A stretch of DNA of 15,460 nt from the NCBI GenBank assembly GCA_037137755.1, contig JBAXJR010000049.1, positions 1 through 15,460 of the forward strand, given 5' to 3'. The notes under the pieces were generated by a model. That model did not search any database and was not told where the DNA came from. It saw only the letters and a program-made list of their open reading frames with translations. The stretch comes from Methanomicrobiales archaeon. Its GTDB lineage: Archaea; Halobacteriota; Methanomicrobia; Methanomicrobiales; Methanospirillaceae. This document shows positions 7,038 through 14,330 of this stretch, one piece after another. Each line of letters starts with the position of its first letter. Position 1 is the stretch's first letter. The position numbers were made by a program, and so were the translations under genes.

Positions 7038-9170
7038 TTATGGACTTAAAAATTTCATGACCGGCACATTGAGATCCCCGAAATTCTGCGTATTGAGCAT
7101 CTTCACGTGCGATCCTGTCACTCTCTCGTACGTGGTAGTATAAAGGTCCCGGAAGGTAATTCCGGGATCTGCCTGGACCGTGATCAGGACGACTTCGGTA
7201 AACTCATCTGACAGCCACTGTTTGATATCAGGATCGTAAACGGCCCCAAAGGACGGTTCAACGCGGTTGGCCCCGGTGAAATATAAAAGTCCCTTTGCAG
7301 TAATATTCTCCGCGATACTCTCACCAAAGCAGGTATCCACGAAAAAAACTATCTGCCGGTATTTTCCTTCACTTGACATGGTGTTCGTGATGCGGGTGAA
7401 TTCCCCGGTCTTGATCGATGAGTCCGGGAGGGGAAAAACGATATTCCCGGGAAGGCCATGACCTGCAATGTAGACAAATATATCTGTGCTGGAATTGCCC
7501 GGAATGACGAGCGGGGTCTCCCGGGTTTTATTCCCGGTAAGGACATTTATAAATGTTTCAGGAGTCACATTCCGGCCATCATAATCTACTTCGGCACCGG
7601 GACGGAGGTTCGGCCCTTGGGGCAGGTTATGGACATTGCCCTGGAGCGGGTTCTCCCGTACAGAGGGGATATCATCGTAGAGCATGAGGATGATGTGGTC
7701 ATCGGGAACACCGTTTCGCCGCAGAAGCGTGTATACCGCGAGTGCATCGGATTCATGCCGGTAGTTATCCCAGCCCTGTGACGGTCCGGCGATAATTGCC
7801 CAGAAACCCGTCCGGTTCAGGGGGGGGACATACGCTCCCCCGGAAGGTAAGGGCTCCATGAGGCTGGAAGATGCCCCGGAAAGGGCAATTGGCTTACCGG
7901 CTTTTGTTGAAGTCCCACCCTTTGCAGAGTTCAGGACCTCAACGGTATGGTAGGTACCGTTCTCTATGATCCAGTGCGAGTAGGATGTGAGCAACGGGTC
8001 AACCCCGGATACCGGGTCGAAGTCGAGCGGGCCGCTCGCACCGGTTACGGCCGGGCTCTGCCCCCTCTGGATCGCCAGGATCGTATTATGGGGACCCTGC
8101 AAATTCCAGCTTTCGTGGGTCCCGTTACCGTCAACAACGTGCCGGATTGAATCTGCAGGCGATTCAAACGGACTGGTGTCCTGCCTGGCCGATGTGTAGG
8201 CAGCGAGCAGGAGTGCATCATAGGCCGGGGCTGCATAATCGGTGGGAGCATGCCCGAATTTTGCCTGGTATGCGGCCGTAAAGCCGCTTGACGGGTCTGA
8301 TGTCGGCGATGTCCCTTCGAGCCCTTCCGCATCCGGCCCGAGGGAACTGACCAGGGCCGGCGTGGCAGCATCATCGATTAAGAATAGTTTTGCCGGTTTT
8401 CCGGAGCGGTTCATGGCCCTTTTGATCCTGGCTGCATCGGACGGGCCTGAGGCTGCGATAATATAGTCAGGGTTTGTACTGAGTGCACTGGCAACATCCT
8501 CGTCAAGGGTACCCGAACCCGGGTCGAACTGCCGGACATATGTGAGATCGATTCCGGATTCTGTTGCAAAGAAACCGGTCCACTCGTAGAATGTATCGCC
8601 GTAGGTAGAATTCTCGGCAAGGAGTGCCACCCGTCCGGCCCCCTTCGCAAGTAAAACCGAAACGATAACCTTTACCTGAGCTACATCTCCCTGGGCTGTC
8701 CGCCAGAAATAACCTTTCCCTCCGAAGGCCCGGATGATATCGCCAGAGGTCGCAAGGGGGCTGATAAGGAGTTTATGCTTCCGGATAAATGCCGGTGCAA
8801 GGGAATAGACATCATCGCTGGTCGGGGGGCCGATTACCGTCCTGATGGAATCATCCGCGAGCAGTTCTTCGCCAAGCTGCTTCGTATTGCCGGAATTAGT
8901 ATCTTTGTACACGAGTTCGATCGGTCTTCCACCGATCCCTCCCTGTTGGTTGATGGTGTCTTTTGCCCATTCAAGAGGCTCTTTAAGTTCTACATCGCCA
9001 GTCAGGGGCAGGAGGACGCCGATCCGGACCGGCGTATGTGAATGGAAGATGGTGTAGCCAACCCAGGCTCCTGTTACAAGAATTACTATGATCACTACGA
9101 TGAGCCCTGCCTTTTTTTTCGAAAAAATCGCGATCACCCGAGGAGCTGTACCGGACCAAAATGACCCCAT
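7038..9170 (-). CDS. Membrane-anchored fusion of a type I (Leu/Ile/Val-like) substrate-binding domain and peptidase C13 (legumain/GPI8 family)
   Basis: KKK plus TM anchor. PBP part: RIGVLLPLTG...INQQGGIGGRPIELVYKD, VIGP.TS, YDA.LL. C13 part: WDNYRHESD, GVPDDHIILMLYDD, VDY.G..VT, YIAGHG (catalytic His) and VDTC (catalytic Cys). Start re-called to ATG 9170. Confidence 0.93.
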   Translation of the reverse strand: MGSFWSGTAPRVIAIFSKKKAGLIVVIIVILVTGAWVGYTIFHSHTPVRIGVLLPLTGDVELKEPLEWAKDTINQQGGIGGRPIELVYKDTNSGNTKQLGEELLADDSIRTVIGPPTSDDVYSLAPAFIRKHKLLISPLATSGDIIRAFGGKGYFWRTAQGDVAQVKVIVSVLLAKGAGRVALLAENSTYGDTFYEWTGFFATESGIDLTYVRQFDPGSGTLDEDVASALSTNPDYIIAASGPSDAARIKRAMNRSGKPAKLFLIDDAATPALVSSLGPDAEGLEGTSPTSDPSSGFTAAYQAKFGHAPTDYAAPAYDALLLAAYTSARQDTSPFESPADSIRHVVDGNGTHESWNLQGPHNTILAIQRGQSPAVTGASGPLDFDPVSGVDPLLTSYSHWIIENGTYHTVEVLNSAKGGTSTKAGKPIALSGASSSLMEPLPSGGAYVPPLNRTGFWAIIAGPSQGWDNYRHESDALAVYTLLRRNGVPDDHIILMLYDDIPSVRENPLQGNVHNLPQGPNLRPGAEVDYDGRNVTPETFINVLTGNKTRETPLVIPGNSSTDIFVYIAGHGLPGNIVFPLPDSSIKTGEFTRITNTMSSEGKYRQIVFFVDTCFGESIAENITAKGLLYFTGANRVEPSFGAVYDPDIKQWLSDEFTEVVLITVQADPGITFRDLYTTTYERVTGSHVKMLNTQNFGDLNVPVMKFLSP

Positions 9171-9474
9171 GGTGAAATCACGTTTTACAGGGTAGCCGTT
9201 ACATCCAGCCCGTGAGGAGAGGTGGTATGATCTCAAAGATAAGGATTTGTATCCGCTGACTGGCCAGTATTGACACTTTTGTTTAAAATGCCACAATGCT
9301 CAGGGGTCGTTGTGGACTCACCCTTTAGGTTTGGCAAGGCCGGGAGTGGGGGTTAACGGTGAGCCGGGGCCGATCAGGAGCATATATCCATTTCCGGTAG
9401 CGGATGCCGGTGCCGGTTTCATGCCATGGGCGTTGCATCCGCGGCAATACATGGATTATTAAATGTGCCTGATC

Positions 9475-9500
9475 AAAAAAAAGTCCGGATCTTTCCGGTC
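9475..9500 (-). terminator. Hairpin plus U-tract terminator after the 64-aa peptide gene
   Basis: Minus strand reads CCGGA-aaga-TCCGG-ac-TTTTTTTT, starting just after the stop at 9509. Confidence 0.6.
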
Positions 9501-9508
9501 ATTTACTG

Positions 9509-9703
9509 TTAATATAAGTTATACGGGTTCGCTCCTGATCCGGGATTTGGTTTATTCATGGGCGCGTGAAGCACTGCTGCCTGAAGGGCCGGAAGATCCA
9601 CGGCGAAATACCATGCGAGTGCGATGATTGTGCCGATTATTGCCAGTGCAATAACGAATATGACGAGATTTTTCAGTGCGTCGGATTGTTGAGTTTCGGA
9701 CAT
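9509..9703 (-). CDS. Small single-TM 'HAPxN' precursor-like peptide, 64 aa
   Basis: MSETQQSDALKNLVIFVIALAIIGTIIALAWYFAVDLPALQAAVLHAPMNKPNPGSGANPYNLY. AAGGT RBS and a TATAAG box at about 9741-9746. Shares DALK, GTIIA.AWYF and LHAPxN with the two 49-aa ORFs. Confidence 0.9.
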   Translation of the reverse strand: MSETQQSDALKNLVIFVIALAIIGTIIALAWYFAVDLPALQAAVLHAPMNKPNPGSGANPYNLY

Positions 9704-9829
9704 GGGATCATTACCTTACTGTCGTTTACTTTTGGAATAACTTATACATGTTTGAAGGTGCGTGGAACACTCCTCTGGAAGGAGTTCTTTGTCATTTTAT
9801 TTTTTTAATTTATCTTAACCATGTTTATG

Positions 9830-10350
9830 GACAGGTGAAGCGCTACCTTGAGATCAGGAACAATGCGGTGTTTCTCTCCGGCAATGGCCTGCTTGTGACC
9901 GATCCTCCAGCAGGCCTTTAAAAATTCGATTTCCGTGCAGGATGTCCATGGATTCTTAAAAGACTATGGAGGGGCGAGATCGAAGATTCCCCTTGAACAC
10001 AATCTCGGGTGTATGATGAGGCACAGCGGGCCTGGGATGCCGAACGGGTGATAAGAAAAGCGGGGACCAGGCGACGTCAGAACCGGAGGATTTCTTCAAA
10101 CTTGCGGAACGGATGAATTCCTGGGCGTTAATGGTTGCGTTGATTGGTGAGGGTCAGGAGATTCATCTTGGCGAGGAATCCGGGTTGGCACAATGGAATG
10201 ATGTGTTATCGGTGATGCAGAAACCGTGGACGTGTTCAATAGCCCGGAGAAGATTACCGATGTTTTTACGAAGGCCGGGAAACGGGAGAAGAATAACGTT
10301 CTGGACCTTTCCATCACCCTCCGGTCCCCTCTCGCCGAAGATGTCGCTCG
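9830..10350 (+). pseudogene. Internal fragment of a DUF2075-like (SF1 helicase-related) gene with multiple frameshifts
   Basis: Stitched reading: AVFLSGNG.LV / ILQQAFKNS..VQDVHGFLKDYGG / VYDEAQRAWDAERV / SEPEDF..LAERMNSWALMVALIGEGQEIHLGEESGLAQW / LDLSITLRS.LAEDVA. No Walker A motif and no credible start. Ends are approximate. Confidence 0.75.
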
Positions 10351-10610
10351 AAATCCTCGATTCCAAGGAAGACTAAATCCCAGGAAGCCAGGAAGAATCC
10401 CCCATATCCAGCCCCATCTGTGACAAGTCTAGATATCTCCATCCAACCGGGTCTCATTGAAAGGTCAAATACCAGTCGGCATGCATTCCACTCCCTGTTG
10501 CCGGCATTATGCGGTTGAGTTATCTCCAGCTGCCAAAGGGGACTGTGGAGCTGTGCATCTATGCGGAATGTCAGCTAAGCAAGCAGATTTTGGAGAGGGA
10601 TGGGAAGTAA
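10337..10610 (+). pseudogene. Diverged, frameshifted remnant of the 3' end of the 1594-2757 gene
   Basis: Reads KMSL...PRKTKSQEARKNPP...VTSLDISI..GLIER / KYQSACIPLPVAGIMRLSYLQLPKGTVELCIYAECQLSKQILERDGK*. The last 47 aa are 38/47 identical to the C-terminus of 1594-2757. Confidence 0.92.
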
Positions 10611-10708
10611 GGAAAAGGGAGGCATTGTGCTATATGTAATACTCTCATGTTAGATTTTAAGTGAAAAATATCCGGATAAAAAAATTGACCCTTTTCCCAC
10701 TCTGGGTT

Positions 10709-11896
10709 TCATGCAATTTCTAATATTGCTATTGTTCTACCGTTACTTTTTAATTGAGAACGATTATTTTCAAGATGTTTTTCCATTCGCATTACTTGTT
10801 GTGGAGAAAAAAACTGATCAAGTGGGAAACACGTCCAATAACTCATAATATTATTTCTGACGTCCCGATTAATCGGGATCCATGCTTTTCCATCCTTTGC
10901 ATCGACCTGAACAAATTTGTCTGTTGAGCACGCATTATAACCCCAAATCAACGGAAATCCAAGCCATAGATCAATTGGTGTATCAGTGACATCATAGGAA
11001 TCCCCATCAAATTCATTGAGATATTTTTGGCCAAGTAGTTGCTCAGCTTTCATTTTAGTTGCAAGGAGTTCGGCCTCTGTAACCCCATTCATTTTATTTA
11101 AATTACTCTTTAATAGTGGTAAATATAGAGGATTTCTTTTTATTCCAGTCTTATCTTTCAATTCGGCCATTTCTGCTAAACTACCAGCAAAACTTGCAAA
11201 AGTATGATTTAAACTCATAAAATGACCAAATTCATGTGTTAATTGAGAATCCCCCAACCCATAGTTTTCTCCATCTGAAATTATCGGACTCTGCCGGTAT
11301 GGGTTTAATATAATTAAGGGAGAATCTAGTGCCGTATATGACTGCCCAGCTGGGCTATCCGGATACTTTCCACCCCCCCATCGATATAATAACACCACTC
11401 TGTGGTAAAAATCCTTATTTGTAGGATCATCTACTCGTTTTTGGATTTCTTTTCTAATAGCATCATTATCAGCTTCTTTTCCACCATCTAAGGTATTCAT
11501 CGCATCATTATTCTCAAATACATACCTGATATCCTGGTTATCTAACCCAAAATTACAACCAGCACTTTCTAGTTGACGATTTGCAAGATTTATCCAATCT
11601 TTTATAAAATTATCATCAAGGGTTGGATGTCGTGTTAAACTTCTTAAGTAGGGTGTTTTTGGAATCACCTTTCCGTTTACAATTTCATACAGAGGTTGTG
11701 ATCCGTCTTTTTTAGAAGTTAATATCACAGTCACTTTTAATAGAACCGCACTCCAGGTTCTTTTAGATCCTTTATCAAGAAGTTTGCGTAAAGAAATTGG
11801 TTGTTCATAATTCGACACTTTATCTGCAAGTTTACGTATACTCACCGATGGGCCACTTAATCCGCAGAAGGATGCCACTTGTCGTAAGGTTTTCAT
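10709..11896 (-). CDS. Metzincin zinc metalloprotease, M43 (pappalysin/ulilysin-like)
   Basis: HEFGHFMSLNHTF zinc motif, D.VTDTP, NNIMSY Met-turn and FSPQQVMRM. Start re-called to ATG 11896 (GGAG RBS). AT-rich, with no obvious signal peptide. Confidence 0.88.
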   Translation of the reverse strand: MKTLRQVASFCGLSGPSVSIRKLADKVSNYEQPISLRKLLDKGSKRTWSAVLLKVTVILTSKKDGSQPLYEIVNGKVIPKTPYLRSLTRHPTLDDNFIKDWINLANRQLESAGCNFGLDNQDIRYVFENNDAMNTLDGGKEADNDAIRKEIQKRVDDPTNKDFYHRVVLLYRWGGGKYPDSPAGQSYTALDSPLIILNPYRQSPIISDGENYGLGDSQLTHEFGHFMSLNHTFASFAGSLAEMAELKDKTGIKRNPLYLPLLKSNLNKMNGVTEAELLATKMKAEQLLGQKYLNEFDGDSYDVTDTPIDLWLGFPLIWGYNACSTDKFVQVDAKDGKAWIPINRDVRNNIMSYWTCFPLDQFFSPQQVMRMEKHLENNRSQLKSNGRTIAILEIA

Positions 11897-11955
11897 AAAG
11901 GTTATTCTCCAACGTTGTTTCCAGTCCCGATTCTGAATTATATTCCACAATTTAC

Positions 11956-12276
11956 CTATTTGGGAGGATTTTTTATTGGATGGATAGCCTGTTTCTCCAA
12001 TTTCTCTATCCTATCCTGAAGAGACTTAATTTCATTATAAACACTCATCAGAATGACATTTGATCCAATCGCTGGAACCTTTTGTTCGAATAAAATGTCA
12101 GCGCCTTCAATTTTCACAATCCTCAATGGATCCTGATTGGGTGTATCATGAACCACTAGTGAACCTTTAATACTCACAGGAAATTTTGCATCATTATTAC
12201 AAACATCTGAAACGTTCAAAATGCCATTTACATTAACGGCGTTGTCGTCGAGTGTTATATCTGTCATTAATCTCAT
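11956..12276 (-). CDS. Hypothetical protein, beta-rich N-terminus and C-terminal coiled coil
   Basis: 106-aa ORF (alternative ATG at 12267) ending EIKSLQDRIEKLEKQ. Co-oriented just upstream of the M43 gene, with the same AT-rich composition. Confidence 0.7.
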   Translation of the reverse strand: MRLMTDITLDDNAVNVNGILNVSDVCNNDAKFPVSIKGSLVVHDTPNQDPLRIVKIEGADILFEQKVPAIGSNVILMSVYNEIKSLQDRIEKLEKQAIHPIKNPPK

Positions 12277-12538
12277 GTCCTGATTAGTATTCCATCAGGG
12301 CAGACAAACCAGAAAAAGAGTGAAACATATATGTATATTCAATCCAACCCCCCTCTGAATTGCATTACCCACAAGTCACTAATCAATTTGATTTACTATT
12401 GAATACTTGATAATAATTCCTATTTTCTATTTAGGAATATCCTCTTTTTGGATTCGGCAGGTATGCTCAGCATCGATCCCTAATATGGAGGATGTGATTT
12501 CCTTATAAAATGTGAAGACGAATATGAAAAATCTAGTT

Positions 12539-13100
12539 CTATCCCTGATTCCTGAACTGAAACCCCGGTGCACTCCTAAAAACCTCAAAATAATTCCCAA
12601 TCAGATCATTTTCCAGTTCTTTCAGATTATGTGGAGGGACCGGTTCTTCCACATGATGATACGAAAAGTGAAGGTCTTTCCCATCCCAAGATTTCCTGCT
12701 ATGATCCAGCAAACGGTTCTGGCAATTGTTTGATTGCCCGGTATAGATTATTTCCTTTGATCCCGCATCGCTAAGGAAATACAACCCTGCTCCGGGTGGC
12801 ACAGCCCTGATATGTTTCGTATCAAGAGGATTTCCCGCACTCCAGGACAATCCCACCCAACCGGGTTCACCGGGATTTCCGACTATGGGCAGTGGAGCTA
12901 TGCTGGGGCCACCAGCCGGATTATCACGGTGGATTTCTTCCAGCTTTCCACCTCTTTTACCCTCTTTTCCAGTATTCTCCTTACGGTTGGTGGATTTCCG
13001 TTATCGTTTATGAAACCGCCCGAAATTGCAGAGGGTTGATTCCCCGTATTCCTGCCGGTACCGATACAGGAGAAAACTCTCCATCCCCCGTCTTGTGTTT
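12539..13100 (-). pseudogene. GIY-YIG nuclease family gene, 5'-truncated with an internal stop
   Basis: GLY...IIYTGQS...RL..H...ELENDLIG in 12539..12856. The same frame extends upstream through RRGMESFLLYRYRQEYGESTLCNFGRFHKR*, with TAA at 13001-13003. Confidence 0.78.
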
Positions 13101-13332
13101 TGTGAAAACAGAGGACGATTCTTGATGCCCTTCATCTATGTGCTTAATTTTTGGGAGGTCAGGTTCCAAATAACCGGTATTTATCAGGAATAATTTTTGA
13201 ATCCGGTTATTCCCATGTCATTTAAAACAAAACCTCATTCCGTAACAAATTCCGAATCAAACGTTGATTCATCAAAATTTCCCGCTATGGTTCCGTTAAC
13301 CATGAATACTTTTAAGGTAGATAGTTTCAGGA

Positions 13333-14082
13333 ATGACTACCATTCGACCAATGGATTTTCCATCAGGCAGGACACTGCCCGAAGAGCTTCGGAAGGCCAT
13401 GCAACGAGTCGAACGCTATGGTGTCATATACCCACCAGGATACTATGATCAACTGGTGTTGAAATACGAGCGGAAAACGATATTGTATCCCCATATCCTC
13501 ATGATAATCGGTGAACCCCGTATCAATACACACTTCTGTTATCTCAGGGTACTCTCAAATACAGGCAGACTTCTTGACTACGGCTGCGGAACCGGCGATA
13601 ATGTCCGCCAGTTGATCCGTGATGGCTATCCCCGGGAACATATCACCGCGTCCGATATCAACCGGGCAAGTATTGACCTCGGTTTCGATCTCTATCGTGA
13701 TAAAGCGGATATTGATGACCTTTTTACTGCATCTGAAGCATTTCCATTTGGAGTTGGGGAATTTGATTTCGTGTATTCCGCCTCGGTTTTACATGTTATT
13801 GATGATGATGATGAATTACGGGAGTACCTGGCCAATGCGTATACCACTCTCGCGGCAGACGGTGTGTTCTTTGGGTCCACATTAGGTGTTGAGGATGGGA
13901 CCGTCCCTTCTCCGGACAGGTGGGGGCCCCAGCGGGTAATAACAGAACAGCAGCTGGCAGAGTTCCTTACCAGTGTCGGTTTTTCCTGCCCGGATGTGGT
14001 CCGGCGTGAACACGTTCATCACCAGGTCAATGAACAAAAAAATTTGTGCTATTTTGAGTTTTATACACAGAAATCACCCTGA
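13333..14082 (+). CDS. Class I SAM-dependent methyltransferase
   Basis: Motif I LLDYGCGTG, acidic ITASDI, FDFVYSASVLHV and L..DGVFFG. Confidence 0.92.
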   Translation: MTTIRPMDFPSGRTLPEELRKAMQRVERYGVIYPPGYYDQLVLKYERKTILYPHILMIIGEPRINTHFCYLRVLSNTGRLLDYGCGTGDNVRQLIRDGYPREHITASDINRASIDLGFDLYRDKADIDDLFTASEAFPFGVGEFDFVYSASVLHVIDDDDELREYLANAYTTLAADGVFFGSTLGVEDGTVPSPDRWGPQRVITEQQLAEFLTSVGFSCPDVVRREHVHHQVNEQKNLCYFEFYTQKSP

Positions 14083-14330
14083 TGATTTCTTTTTATTTCT
14101 GATATCGAAAGGAATTCACTAACAAAAAATAATCCGAATTTGCCTTCCCCTGCCACAACACGATCAAAAGTGTGTGCCTTGGCGTACACGGGTATCTCTG
14201 CCCAGTCATCCACGCAAGGTCAGCACCAGGCCAGGAATTGTCATGGAGGCCCGGGACACCCGGGTTGCGGAACATGGGGACCGCACACATTTGATAATCC
14301 TCTTATGTGCAGCAATACAAAATGAGGAGT

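Noticed and set aside
9171-9296. 42-aa N-terminal extension of the PBP-C13 ORF
   Set aside because: Non-ATG start and non-protein-like sequence. ATG 9170 places the TM anchor near the N-terminus.
9769-9785. ACTCCT-ctgga-AGGAGT inverted repeat upstream of the 64-aa peptide gene
   Set aside because: Single 6-bp-arm occurrence, not shared with the other two peptide promoters. Insufficient support.
10457-10639. 60-aa ORF MKGQIPVGMHSTPCC...
   Set aside because: An off-frame reading of the remnant of the 387-aa gene.
13096-13110. TGTTTT-gtg-AAAACA, matching the palindrome upstream of the peptide genes
   Set aside because: Low-complexity, and it lies at the edge of the GIY-YIG pseudogene remnant. 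Likely chance.
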